Assembly: GCA_009784615.1 (NCBI GenBank)
Contig: WRBJ01000001.1
Location: 72,810-136,809 of the forward strand
DNA length: 64,000 nt
Direction: 5' to 3'
DNA from: Defluviitaleaceae bacterium
GTDB lineage: Bacteria; Bacillota; Clostridia; Lachnospirales; WRAX01
Under the pieces are notes generated by a model. The model saw only the letters and a program-made list of their open reading frames with translations. It was not told the DNA's origin and made no database searches. Within the stretch, counting starts at the first letter, position 1. The number at the start of each line of letters is the position of its first letter. Shown here one piece after another: positions 9,425-18,787 of the stretch. Position numbers and translations under genes: made by a program.

Positions 9425-9460
9425 AAGCTCTGTAAATTTAACATTTGCAGAGCTTTTATT
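9425..9460 (+). terminator. Rho-independent terminator after ssrA
   Basis: Stem AGCTCTGTAAAT / ATTTGCAGAGCT followed by TTTATTT. Confidence 0.55.
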
Positions 9461-9488
9461 TCTGAAATTTGCGTAAAAGGTGATTTAA

Positions 9489-9983
9489 ATGATTTCTAAA
9501 AAACAAACAATTAGTTCGGCTGTACATTCGTTTGAGCCTATATCAGACGAATTTTCGCATACCCTGATACTTGGAACTATGCCAAGTGTTCAATCACGCA
9601 AAGCAGGTTTTTATTATTCGCATCCTCGTAATCGTTTTTGGAAGGTGCTTTCAGGTTGTTTTAAGTATCAATTACCTAATACAAATGCAGATAAAATTAA
9701 TTTATTGATTGAAAACGGCATTGCATTGTGGGATGTGCTGGCATCTTGCGAAATAATAGGCTCTGATGATTCTACTATAAAAAAACCGATTTATAATGAT
9801 ATTGACATATTTGTTAATGGTAAAAATATTTCAAAAATATTATGTAATGGCAAGAAGGCATATAACTTATGTCGTCGTCTTGACCTACCTATACCCATAC
9901 GATATGTGCCGTCTACCAGCCCAGCTAATGCTATATGGAGCATAGAAAAATTGACAGAAGCGTGGAAATTAGAATTAATTTGA
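9489..9983 (+). CDS. DNA-deoxyinosine (hypoxanthine) glycosylase, UDG superfamily
   Basis: LILGTMPSVQSRKAGFYYSHPRNRFWKVL matches the recalled family-6 UDG/HDG N-terminal motif. Size is 164 aa. Confidence 0.7.
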   Translation: MISKKQTISSAVHSFEPISDEFSHTLILGTMPSVQSRKAGFYYSHPRNRFWKVLSGCFKYQLPNTNADKINLLIENGIALWDVLASCEIIGSDDSTIKKPIYNDIDIFVNGKNISKILCNGKKAYNLCRRLDLPIPIRYVPSTSPANAIWSIEKLTEAWKLELI

Positions 9984-10070
9984 GGGAGAATGATATTGTA
10001 TCATAAAAGTTGACAGGAAGCCTTCATCTGATAAAATAAAAACCGACACCAAACCACGGAGGCTACACAG

Positions 10071-10534
10071 ATGAGAAGGTATGATTCAGAGTTCAGAATT
10101 GATGTAGTAAAACTAGAAAATGAAATCGGTGCAACGAAAGTCGTACAAAGCAGTGGCTTTTTTCGCAACGAGCCAAAAGAAATAGTGGTGTATCAAAAAT
10201 TCGAGTTTATACGGTTGCATATATGATTATCCTATAGCCGAATTATACGTATTCTTAGTGTTAGTAGCCAAGGAGATACCATAAGCACATCAAAACCTTT
10301 GATAAATCCTGCAAGCACGCCCCTCTTTTGGCTAAGTATGAGTTACTATCCAAGACCAACAAGCCAAAAAAATTAACGAAGCTAGATAAAGAAGTTTATA
10401 AAAATGATAACCAATTGAAAAAAGATTTTAAAAGCGATGTACCTGACAAGAAGTTTATAGGTAACATTACACAGCTACCAACAGCAGATGGAAGGCTTTA
10501 CATAGGACTAACCTTCGATTGTTTTGACAACTAA
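10071..10534 (+). pseudogene. Degraded IS3-family transposase remnant (orfA/orfB fragments with stops and frameshifts)
   Basis: MRRYDSEFRIDVVKLENEIGATKV is orfA-like. Fragments in other frames follow (ALAFFRNEPKE; YPIAELYVFLVLV). One ORF ends ...GNITQLPTADGRLYIGLTFDCFDN, resembling the start of the DDE core (DITYIPT..GwlYLa). Confidence 0.55.
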
Positions 10535-10570
10535 ACCCCTTAAAAAATGACACTTTTAAGGGGTTTTGAA

Positions 10571-10622
10571 GGAGAATACTGGACTTTAACTGGTGACCTC
10601 CTGAATGCCAGTCAGGCGCACT
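10571..10622 (-). pseudogene. Degenerate copy of the 3' two-thirds of tRNA-Ala (relic attachment-site repeat)
   Basis: GGAGAATACTGGACTTTAACTGGTGACCTCCTGAATGCCAGTCAGGCGCA aligns to 11600-11650 of the intact tRNA-Ala with about 5 mismatches. The T-stem and TTC loop are disrupted, so it is not functional. Confidence 0.6.
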
Positions 10623-10851
10623 ACTGAGGTGGTCGGAAAATCTCCCCTGAAAAGTTGCATAATTCATTTCGCTTGTTGTCCCTGTTGGTTTGATTTTTAG
10701 CGGCTAAAGGCTGAGCAACCGACACGTATCTCAGGGCGTTTTGGGGTTTGGGGTATCCTCGACAAGCAAGTGTGGTAGTACCACGCCTTGCTTGCAGATT
10801 CATCAACAATATCGAAAGACTGATATTGTTGGTGAGGGATGCAAACAGGCT

Positions 10852-11514
10852 TTACATATTTAAGTCACTTTTTCCTAAATTACAAACTGAACAAAGTGTC
10901 TGTAAGTTCTCATAAAGTGCTGTGCCACCTTTGGCGCAAGGAACAATATGATCTATATGTAATTCCACTTCTGGGCTACTTGCAGGTGAGCATCCACAAA
11001 TTTTACATTTGAAATTATCTCGTTTCATAACCATAAATCTCATTCTATAATTTATGGTGCGAGGATTTGTTTGAGGCTTATTCAATGCGCTAGATTCAAT
11101 AATTTCACCATCCATATGTTCAACAAATGCAGTTAGTGCGTTATAATATGTGCCAAAACGTTTTTCATATGTTCCTACAGAAAAACGAGATAATGGTTTA
11201 ATAATTTCATGATATTTAGGTTGTCTACCAAAGTGTCGCCAAATATTTTCTAGATTTTGAAATAGTTCTTCGTTTGGAATATTTAAGGGACTTCTTGATA
11301 CCTGTAGTCCAGCCCGCTCTAAGCATAAGAACCACGAGCCTATCTTCCTTGTCAGAGTAGACGGGTGATATTTGCTATGAACTTTGTATTCATCCATTGT
11401 AATAGTCTCTTTATTTAACTTCAATGCAACACTCTTCAAATCACGTAGCATTTCCTCAGATGAGGTATTCCTATTATATTTTATAAGTTCAAATCGATCA
11501 CTCAAAATTACCAC
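10852..11514 (-). CDS. HNH endonuclease with two N-terminal homing-endonuclease-associated repeats
   Basis: C-terminal CKICG...HIDHIVPCAKGG...NLQTLCSVCNLGKS is an HNH/zinc motif. Two roughly 50-aa helical repeats precede it. Confidence 0.8.
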   Translation of the reverse strand: MVILSDRFELIKYNRNTSSEEMLRDLKSVALKLNKETITMDEYKVHSKYHPSTLTRKIGSWFLCLERAGLQVSRSPLNIPNEELFQNLENIWRHFGRQPKYHEIIKPLSRFSVGTYEKRFGTYYNALTAFVEHMDGEIIESSALNKPQTNPRTINYRMRFMVMKRDNFKCKICGCSPASSPEVELHIDHIVPCAKGGTALYENLQTLCSVCNLGKSDLNM

Positions 11515-11598
11515 CTCAAAACAGCATCAAATGTATAGATACGCTCAAATAACATCGCCCCATCAAAGTCACGAGAACTTTGGTGGGACGATAACTAG

Positions 11599-11671
11599 TG
11601 GAGAATACCGGACTTGAACCGGTGACCTCCTGACTGCCAGTCAGGCGCGCTCCCAACTGCGCTAATCCCCC
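11599..11671 (-). tRNA. tRNA-Ala (anticodon GGC)
   Basis: The reverse complement folds as a cloverleaf: acceptor GGGGGAT/ATTCTCC with G3:U70, anticodon loop CTGGCAG, T-arm ACCGG-TTCAAGT-CCGGT. CCA is not encoded. Confidence 0.85.
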
Positions 11672-11814
11672 ATAGTTAATGATGGCTGTGAGTATATCAT
11701 AGATTTTGTAGTTTGTCAAGGGTTATTTTGATGTTTGTTATAGATGCAATTCAAGAAATGCTTATTTATAGCTCTGCGCAAATATGTACGGCGGCATCCG
11801 CCGCCTTTGTGCTT

Positions 11815-12396
11815 TTATTTTGAATAGAAGAATCTCTTGCCGCTTAAATGTTCCTCGACCCTGCGTAAGCATTCGCCAAAGCGTTGGAAATGCACCACCT
11901 CACGCTCACGCAAAAACTTGATTGGGTCGGCGACGGCATCGTCGTCGATTAGGTCAAGCAAATATTCATAGGTAGAGCGGGCTTTTTGCTCTGCCGCCAT
12001 ATTTTCGTAAAGGTCGGTAATTGGGTCGCCTTTAGACTGTATGCCTGCCGCTGTCCACGGTATGCCTGCGGCGGACTGCGGAAAAACTGCCGTGCCGTGG
12101 TCGGCATAATATGGGTCAAGCCCAGCGGCTCGCATATCTGCCGCCGTTGCGCCTTGTGTAAGCTGGGTAACCATTGCACCCACCATCTCTAAATGAGCCA
12201 ATTCTTCCGTACCTATATCATTTAAAATTGCTTTTGCTTCGGGAGTTACCATTGTAAAACGCTGGGAAAGATAGCGTATTGCCGCCCCAAGCTCGCCATC
12301 GGGACCGCCGTATTGTGTTATGATAACCTTTGCGAGTTTTGGGTTTGGTCTTGTTATTTTTACTGGATATTGTAGTTTTTTCTCATAAATCCACAT
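11815..12396 (-). CDS. cotJC: Spore coat protein CotJC (manganese catalase family)
   Basis: MWIYEKKLQYPVKI...YGGPDGELGAAIRYLSQRF...GTEELAHLEM is near-collinear with recalled B. subtilis CotJC. Confidence 0.9.
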   Translation of the reverse strand: MWIYEKKLQYPVKITRPNPKLAKVIITQYGGPDGELGAAIRYLSQRFTMVTPEAKAILNDIGTEELAHLEMVGAMVTQLTQGATAADMRAAGLDPYYADHGTAVFPQSAAGIPWTAAGIQSKGDPITDLYENMAAEQKARSTYEYLLDLIDDDAVADPIKFLREREVVHFQRFGECLRRVEEHLSGKRFFYSK

Positions 12397-12419
12397 AATT
12401 GCCCTCCTGTTTATGGTTG

Positions 12420-12683
12420 TTAGATGTTATAGTTAGCGTCGGTTTCCCACGGCCAAGGTGAATTTATCCATTGCCATTCATTCTGGTCGTTGTTGGTGCG
12501 GTTGCATAGCGGACCGTGGTTTTGTTCGTATAGCTTGCGCAACTTGGCAGCATCATCAGATGCTTGTTTGTGCAGAGCAATTGCCCTTTCGTCTGTCGGA
12601 TTGTTGTTAAGATACAGTCCTAAATCAAGCAGCATAAAATCCAACACCGAAAGTTGCTTTAAATGTGTTTCTCGATGTGTCAT
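12420..12683 (-). CDS. cotJB: Spore coat protein CotJB
   Basis: LDFMLLDLGLYLNNNPTD...YGPL...PWPWE pattern, positioned upstream of cotJC. Confidence 0.85.
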   Translation of the reverse strand: MTHRETHLKQLSVLDFMLLDLGLYLNNNPTDERAIALHKQASDDAAKLRKLYEQNHGPLCNRTNNDQNEWQWINSPWPWETDANYNI

Positions 12684-12874
12684 TTTGCACCTCCTTCGTA
12701 AGGCAAATCAAGCTCAGGAAAAATCGTGCCACGTCTAAAACCATATTCGGCGATGTAAAGCTGGCACAGCGTTTGATAAGGAACATAAGCCTTGCCAAAG
12801 CCTGTAAATTCCATAACAGGCAAACGCTCCAAACAGTTCGCATCGCCAACGTGCGTGATAAAATCGTTGTTCAT
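12680..12874 (-). CDS. cotJA: Spore coat-associated protein CotJA
   Basis: AYVPYQ...GTIFPELDLPY motif. 4-nt overlap with cotJB. Confidence 0.75.
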   Translation of the reverse strand: MNNDFITHVGDANCLERLPVMEFTGFGKAYVPYQTLCQLYIAEYGFRRGTIFPELDLPYEGGAK

Positions 12875-13042
12875 CTATTCGCTCCTCCTAAATAATAGGT
12901 TGTTTGTTATAATATTCTTATCGCCAGCGTTGTGTTAAAAAATTTAAAATTTATTTAAAAAAGAATTGAAAAAATTTAGCTATATTATATAATGATACAA
13001 ACGAGGTCTCGACAAACCTCGTTATCAAAGGAGGAATTGCAT

Positions 13043-13747
13043 ATGAAAGTGACTAATTTTAGACAAAGACCGATTATGTTTATGCTGGTCTTTTTAATTG
13101 CCTTTGGCACGCTTAGCGCATTTGCCTTTGCAAATGAAGGAGGTGATGCCGAGATTGCGGACAATATTACATATGACATTATGCAAGAAGAAGCAAACGC
13201 CGCTATCAGCTTAAGGCAACCATCAGGTTGGGATAGCTCAAGACATTTATTTTACTGGTGGCAAGGCGCACAACCTATACCCGTAAATGTTCAGGTGTTC
13301 TCTTGGCTTGACCAAAGCTGGCGTATGTCGGCATTGAATGGTTTGTTGTCGTGGAATTGGAGCTCTGCACCAGTGAATTTCACTAATACAACTGCCGCAA
13401 ATAATAACATTAATGTTTGGCCTCGTAGGGATAGGCTTCAATTTCTTGGTTGGCTAGAGCCTACGCATTCGGGTAACTTTATCGGCTCTCAACTTCGTAG
13501 TTTTGAAATTTGGATTAATGTAGATTCTATCGAAGAACACGTCGCTCGATATGGACGTAATCTCGCAAATGTCATCAGAGGCACTTCTGCTCACGAACTA
13601 GCACACGCTGTAGGTCTTGAAGATGCCCGTAATCATAATCTTGGTGGCTCTATTAACGGAAGTCTTATGAACTATAATAGAATTAGGGATGCAGTAATTG
13701 AACCAACATCCTTCGACGTTCAAAGTGTACGACTACTTTACAATTAG
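13043..13747 (+). CDS. Secreted zinc metalloprotease (HExxHxxGxxD, snapalysin/metzincin-like)
   Basis: ATG at 13043 follows GGAGG. Signal peptide MKVTNFRQRPIMFMLVFLIAFGTLSAFAFA. Zinc site SAHELAHAVGLED. Confidence 0.7.
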   Translation: MKVTNFRQRPIMFMLVFLIAFGTLSAFAFANEGGDAEIADNITYDIMQEEANAAISLRQPSGWDSSRHLFYWWQGAQPIPVNVQVFSWLDQSWRMSALNGLLSWNWSSAPVNFTNTTAANNNINVWPRRDRLQFLGWLEPTHSGNFIGSQLRSFEIWINVDSIEEHVARYGRNLANVIRGTSAHELAHAVGLEDARNHNLGGSINGSLMNYNRIRDAVIEPTSFDVQSVRLLYN

Positions 13748-13765
13748 GAAAAGGAGATGATAATT

Positions 13766-14542
13766 ATGAAGAAACATACTATACCTGCAATTATAGAAAG
13801 CATTGCCTTAATTTTACTTGTCGCTTGCAACGATACAACCCAAGACGAATTTTCGCACATCAGAGAAATGTATGGCGATTATTGGTGGTCAGTCATAACC
13901 GAAGCAAGCGAACAGTATGGTGATGATTTGATAATCGAACATCCCGTGCAAGGCGATATTTGGCTAAGAAATAGTGTAGAGGATTTGGCATTTAGCGCAA
14001 CGCATATTGTAAGAGCTGAGGTTATTGACAGTCGTGTCGAACTTATCAACACATTGCTAGGTGAACCAGGTCTTGAAGATATGGAGTTTTACGAAAGTTT
14101 ACGAGAAGCCGCAACTGTATTACATACCGTCTACAGCTTAAGAGTTTTGGAAAGTTTCCAAGGCAATGCAGAGATAGGAAGCACTATTGAAGCGATGCAA
14201 TCAGGAGGTCAATCGGGAAATAGGGTTCTTGTAAATCTTGACACAACGCAATTCGCACTTGGGGATGAGATAATACTGTTTCTACGTTGTTTTGAAACAC
14301 TCGGATTTAACTCTGGACCAATGTCGTTAGTGTCATATATACAAGGCATCTACCAAGCGACCCCATCAAACGCTAGCCGCGGTGATTTAGAGGCATTTGA
14401 AGACGGCATTACAAATGCCTACAACCAAAATGCAGACTTTGCAAGTATCGAATTTGAAAGCGTAAACCCAACGAACAACCTAACATTAACGGTGGGTGAC
14501 CTAATGCGTATTGCAGAGCAGTCTTCAAGAAGCAATTATTAA
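13766..14542 (+). CDS. Lipoprotein, function unknown
   Basis: ATG at 13766 is well spaced from GGAG. Lipobox LILLVAC. No recognisable domain. Confidence 0.6.
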   Translation: MKKHTIPAIIESIALILLVACNDTTQDEFSHIREMYGDYWWSVITEASEQYGDDLIIEHPVQGDIWLRNSVEDLAFSATHIVRAEVIDSRVELINTLLGEPGLEDMEFYESLREAATVLHTVYSLRVLESFQGNAEIGSTIEAMQSGGQSGNRVLVNLDTTQFALGDEIILFLRCFETLGFNSGPMSLVSYIQGIYQATPSNASRGDLEAFEDGITNAYNQNADFASIEFESVNPTNNLTLTVGDLMRIAEQSSRSNY

Positions 14543-14566
14543 AATACAAAAAGCGACCAAATCATT

Positions 14567-14589
14567 AAAAGCCCCTCAACGGGGCTTTT
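14567..14589 (+). terminator. Rho-independent terminator
   Basis: AAAAGCCCC-TCAA-CGGGGCTTTT followed by a T-rich tract. Confidence 0.7.
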
Positions 14590-14617
14590 GTTATTATGAA
14601 ATTTTTGAAAGATGAGA

Positions 14618-14646
14618 TTGATTGTTAGTCGGTTTTGTGGTATAAT
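14618..14646 (+). promoter_or_regulatory. Sigma-A promoter for the uvrB operon (TTGATT-17-TGgTATAAT)
   Basis: TTGATT at 14618-14623, 17-nt spacer with extended TG, TATAAT at 14641-14646. Confidence 0.5.
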
Positions 14647-14683
14647 GAAGAATGGACTATTCGACAGTAAAAGGGGTGTTTTG

Positions 14684-16663
14684 GTGGATAAATTTGAGAT
14701 AGTATCAGAATTTGTGCCTACGGGCGACCAACCGCAGGCGATTGACGAGCTTGTGCAGGCTTTTAAGGGCGGCGAAAGGTTTGGTACATTGCTTGGGGTT
14801 ACAGGTAGCGGCAAGACCTTTACCGTGGCTAATATAATACAGCGTTTGCAGAAACCGACCATTGTAATGGCGCATAATAAGACGTTGGCGGCGCAGTTAT
14901 ATAACGAATTTAAAGAATTTTTCCCCAACAATGCCGTGGAATATTTTGTAAGTTACTATGACTATTATCAGCCAGAGGCTTATGTGCCTTCATCTGACAC
15001 CTATATAGAAAAAGATAGCGCAATAAATGATGAAATTGATAAACTGCGACACAGTGCCACAGCGGCTATTGCAGAACGTAATGACGTTATAATCATTGCG
15101 TCGGTATCGTGCATATATGGTCTTGGTTCGCCCATTGATTATAAAAATTTGGTGGTTTCTTTGCGACCTGGTATGACCAAAGATAGGGACGAGCTTTTGC
15201 GACGTTTGGTTGATATACAGTATAACCGCAATGATATGAACTTCCAGCGTGGTACATTTAGGGTACGTGGCGATGTTGTAGAAATCTTCCCTGCATACAG
15301 CGATACTACGGCTTTTAGGGTGGAATTTTTTGGCGACGAAATAGAGCGCATTGTAGAAATCGAGCCGCTGACAGGCGAAATTTTTGGGGCTAGGACGCAT
15401 ATATCCATTTTCCCCGCAAGCCACTATGTTACAACAAAAGAGAATATGGAAAGGGCTATTGCGGATATTGAGGAGGAGCTTGCGGCGCAGATAACATATT
15501 TAAAAGGGCAGGACAAGCTGATAGAGGCGCAACGCATTGCGCAACGCACACGTTATGATATTGAAATGATGCGTGAAATGGGCTTTTGCAACGGCATAGA
15601 AAACTACAGCCGCCACCTAACAAACGGTAAGGCGGGCGACGCACCGCATACTTTGCTTGACTATTTTCCTGATGATTTTTTGATTGTGGTGGATGAAAGC
15701 CACGTTACCCTGCCGCAGTTTAGAGGGATGTATTTAGGCGATAGAAGCCGCAAAGAAACGTTGGTGGACTTTGGCTTTAGGCTTCCTTCGGCTCTTGACA
15801 ACCGCCCGCTTCGTTTTGAGGAATTTGAGAAAAAGATGGGACAAGCGTTGTTTGTATCTGCTACGCCTGCTGTGTACGAAAAAGATAACTCGTCATTGAC
15901 GGTGGAGCAAATTATACGCCCGACAGGCTTGCTTGACCCCGAAATCTTCATACGCCCTATAAATGGGCAGATTGATGACCTTATCACCGAGATTAAAAAG
16001 GTTACAGAGCAAGGTTTTAAGGTGCTTGTAACCACGCTAACCAAAAAAATGGCGGAAGACTTGACAGATTATTTGAAAAATAGTGGTGTTGGTGTGCGGT
16101 ATTTGCATAGCGATATAAAAACGCTGGAAAGGCTTGAAATTATACGTGATTTGCGTATGGATGTTTTTGATGTACTGGTTGGCATTAACTTGCTAAGAGA
16201 GGGGCTGGACATACCCGAAGTAGCCCTTGTTGCTATACTAGATGCCGACAAAGAAGGCTTCCTTCGTTCCGAAACCAGCCTTGTGCAGACCATAGGGCGT
16301 GCGGCAAGAAACAGCGAAGGACGTGTAATTATGTATGCCGATAATGTTACACGCAGTATGAATTATGCCATAAGTGAAACCAACCGCCGCCGTGGCATAC
16401 AAATGGCATATAACGAGGCAAACGGCATAACCCCGCAAACCATAACCAAAAAAGTACACGACATCATCCAAGCCACAATGAGTGTTGAAGAAAAGAAAAA
16501 GTCCACAAAACTAGCCAAAGACCCAGAAAGTATGAACCGCGAGGAGCTTATAACATACATCAAACAGCTTGAAAAAGAGATGAAGCAAGCGGCGCAGGAT
16601 TTGAACTTTGAAAGAGCGGCTAATTTAAGGGATACAATATTTAAGACAAAAAAATTGTTGTAG
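14684..16663 (+). CDS. uvrB: Excinuclease ABC subunit B
   Basis: GTG at 14684 after [24 protein letters not shown], Walker [13 protein letters not shown] box, C-terminal UVR motif (FERAANLRD). The upstream Met at 14612 lies 5' of the predicted -10, so it is unlikely to be the start. Confidence 0.95.
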   Translation: MDKFEIVSEFVPTGDQPQAIDELVQAFKGGERFGTLLGVTGSGKTFTVANIIQRLQKPTIVMAHNKTLAAQLYNEFKEFFPNNAVEYFVSYYDYYQPEAYVPSSDTYIEKDSAINDEIDKLRHSATAAIAERNDVIIIASVSCIYGLGSPIDYKNLVVSLRPGMTKDRDELLRRLVDIQYNRNDMNFQRGTFRVRGDVVEIFPAYSDTTAFRVEFFGDEIERIVEIEPLTGEIFGARTHISIFPASHYVTTKENMERAIADIEEELAAQITYLKGQDKLIEAQRIAQRTRYDIEMMREMGFCNGIENYSRHLTNGKAGDAPHTLLDYFPDDFLIVVDESHVTLPQFRGMYLGDRSRKETLVDFGFRLPSALDNRPLRFEEFEKKMGQALFVSATPAVYEKDNSSLTVEQIIRPTGLLDPEIFIRPINGQIDDLITEIKKVTEQGFKVLVTTLTKKMAEDLTDYLKNSGVGVRYLHSDIKTLERLEIIRDLRMDVFDVLVGINLLREGLDIPEVALVAILDADKEGFLRSETSLVQTIGRAARNSEGRVIMYADNVTRSMNYAISETNRRRGIQMAYNEANGITPQTITKKVHDIIQATMSVEEKKKSTKLAKDPESMNREELITYIKQLEKEMKQAAQDLNFERAANLRDTIFKTKKLL

Positions 16664-16676
16664 GGGAGGTTTGTCG

Positions 16677-18773
16677 ATGGGCAAAATCAAATTTATCGAC
16701 CTTTTTGCAGGGATTGGCGGTATACGTCTAGGTTTTGAAAGGGTTTTTGGTGATATGGGCAAAACGGTTTTTGTTAGTGAATGGGATTTGAATGCACAAC
16801 AGACATATAGAGCGAATTTTGGTAAAGAAATTGAAATTGCAGGCGATGTTACGTTGATTGACGAAAAAGATGTTCCTGCCTTTGATATTTGTCTAGCAGG
16901 TTTTCCTTGTCAGGCATTTAGTCTGGCGGGAAGTCGTAAAGGTTTCAAAGACAGCTTCAAAGGAAAAACAAGGGGTACATTGTTTTTTGATGTGGCAAGA
17001 ATTTGTTCCTTTCATAAGCCAAAAGTAATTTTTTGTGAAAATGTTAAAGGGTTGGCTATACACGACAAAGGCAGGACTTACAAAATTATTAAAAGCACGT
17101 TGGAAGAATTGGGATATACAGTGTATGAAAAAATACTCAACAGTAGGGATTTCGGTGTTCCGCAAAATCGTGAACGTATTTACATCGTAGCTTTTAGAAA
17201 TGATATTGACACAAGAACATTTAGTTTTCCTGAGCCAATAAATTCCAATATGCGAATTAAAAATATAATTGAAGAAACCCCTGTTTCGGCTAAGTATTAT
17301 TTGAGCGATGTCTATATCGAAACTTTACGAAGACACAAAGCTAGGCATAAGGAAAAAGGGAATGGTTTTGGATATGAAATTCGTGACTGGAATGATGTAG
17401 CAGGTACTATAGTATGTGGTGGTATGGGTCGAGAACGCAATTTGATAATTGACAAACGACAAACAAACCTAAATCCCATAACAAATATTAAGGGCACAAT
17501 TAACAACGAAGGCATACGAAAGATGACGCCTAGAGAATGGGCAAGATTGCAGGGTTATTCTGATGATTTTATTTTGACACTTGCAGATACACATTTGTAT
17601 AAACAATTAGGCAATTCTGTAACAGTGCCTGTTATACAAGCCATTGCAGAAAAAATAAAGCACACACTCAATAACCAAAGGGAGGCAAAGAAAATGGCTG
17701 TTAGAGGCAACAAAGGTGAATGGTCGGAGTTATATGTTTTGCTACGTTTGCTAGCTGAAGGAAATCTTTTTGCGGCAGACAAAAACCTTAATCGCATTAA
17801 AGATATGTTTTTTCCGATTATTAATATAATACGAGAAGAAGTAAAAGGCAAAATTTATGAGTATAGACCAAATCGAGATGATGCTCAAATTGAAATCTAT
17901 TTTAATGATGAGTTTGTATTAAAACTTCCTGCAAAGATTTTTGGCGATGAAGCAAGTAAATTATTTGATAAAATTGTTGCTGGTGGCTCAGGAAGCGGAG
18001 CTTTTGAAATTCCAGAAACGGAGAGTTTTATTAAGAATATTTATATCAATAAACCAAAGGCTGGCACTTCAACTAAATCTGATATGAATATCCAATTGCA
18101 CGATGTTAATACGGGGTTTGAAAATATTGTGGGTTTTAGTATTAAGAGCCAGATGGGTAGCCCTTCTACGCTTCTTAATGCAGGAAAATCAACAAACTTT
18201 ATTTATAAAATAAAAGGGATAGACCATAATAGAATTGGAGAAATAAATGCTATAGATACCCAGACTAAGTTAAAAGACCGCATAAACAGTATAGTTGATT
18301 TGGGAGGAGAATTTATTTTTGAAAATACAGATAACGCCAATTTTAGTAACAATTTATTTATGGTAGATAGCCAGATGCCAATAATTATTTCAGAAATGCT
18401 CGTTGGATTTTACAAAGATGGTGTTAAGAATTGCAAAGAACTGACTGAATATGTTTCAAAAATAAATCCTATTTTACGAGATGAACGTTTTTATCTACAT
18501 AAAATAAAAGAGCTTCTTTGCGCAATAGCTTTAGGTATGAAAACGACATCCATTTGGGATGGGACAGATGAAGCAACGGGTGGCTATATTGTTGTAAAAA
18601 ATGATGGTGATGTGCTTGCTTATCACATCTATAATCGTGATGCTTTCAAAGATTATTTGTTAGATAATACCAGATTGGATAAGCCAAGTAGCACAAGACA
18701 CGGATATGGAGTGCTTTATGAACAGAATGGAGAAATTTATATAAAATTGAACTTACAAATACGATTTAAATAG
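16677..18773 (+). CDS. Fused DNA (cytosine-5) methyltransferase / HpaII-like restriction endonuclease, single polypeptide
   Basis: ATG at 16677 after GGGGAGG. The N-half has C5-MTase motifs in order: [27 protein letters not shown]. From about codon 345, [20 protein letters not shown] starts a roughly 355-aa region that I recall as HpaII-family REase. There is no stop between the halves. Confidence 0.75.
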   Translation: MGKIKFIDLFAGIGGIRLGFERVFGDMGKTVFVSEWDLNAQQTYRANFGKEIEIAGDVTLIDEKDVPAFDICLAGFPCQAFSLAGSRKGFKDSFKGKTRGTLFFDVARICSFHKPKVIFCENVKGLAIHDKGRTYKIIKSTLEELGYTVYEKILNSRDFGVPQNRERIYIVAFRNDIDTRTFSFPEPINSNMRIKNIIEETPVSAKYYLSDVYIETLRRHKARHKEKGNGFGYEIRDWNDVAGTIVCGGMGRERNLIIDKRQTNLNPITNIKGTINNEGIRKMTPREWARLQGYSDDFILTLADTHLYKQLGNSVTVPVIQAIAEKIKHTLNNQREAKKMAVRGNKGEWSELYVLLRLLAEGNLFAADKNLNRIKDMFFPIINIIREEVKGKIYEYRPNRDDAQIEIYFNDEFVLKLPAKIFGDEASKLFDKIVAGGSGSGAFEIPETESFIKNIYINKPKAGTSTKSDMNIQLHDVNTGFENIVGFSIKSQMGSPSTLLNAGKSTNFIYKIKGIDHNRIGEINAIDTQTKLKDRINSIVDLGGEFIFENTDNANFSNNLFMVDSQMPIIISEMLVGFYKDGVKNCKELTEYVSKINPILRDERFYLHKIKELLCAIALGMKTTSIWDGTDEATGGYIVVKNDGDVLAYHIYNRDAFKDYLLDNTRLDKPSSTRHGYGVLYEQNGEIYIKLNLQIRFK

Positions 18774-18787
18774 TGAGGACAAAAGAT

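Noticed and set aside
9311-9499. 62-aa ORF in the ORF track
   Set aside because: It lies almost entirely inside the 3' part of the tmRNA gene and its terminator. There is no RBS. The RNA gene explains the sequence.
10623-10850. Structured non-coding stretch between the pseudo-tRNA and the HNH gene, considered as a group II intron or ribozyme remnant
   Set aside because: Only generic hairpins are visible (for example CAACAATATC-GAAAGACT-GATATTGTTG, a plausible terminator for the HNH gene). No domain V-like or other diagnostic motif was recognised.
11516-11719. 67-aa minus-strand ORF
   Set aside because: It overlaps the tRNA-Ala(GGC) gene on the same strand, and the tRNA fold is convincing.
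14590-14690. SOS (LexA/Cheo box, GAAC-N4-GTTC) operator upstream of uvrB
   Set aside because: I searched the promoter region by eye and found no GAAC...GTTC-type palindrome, so none can be claimed.
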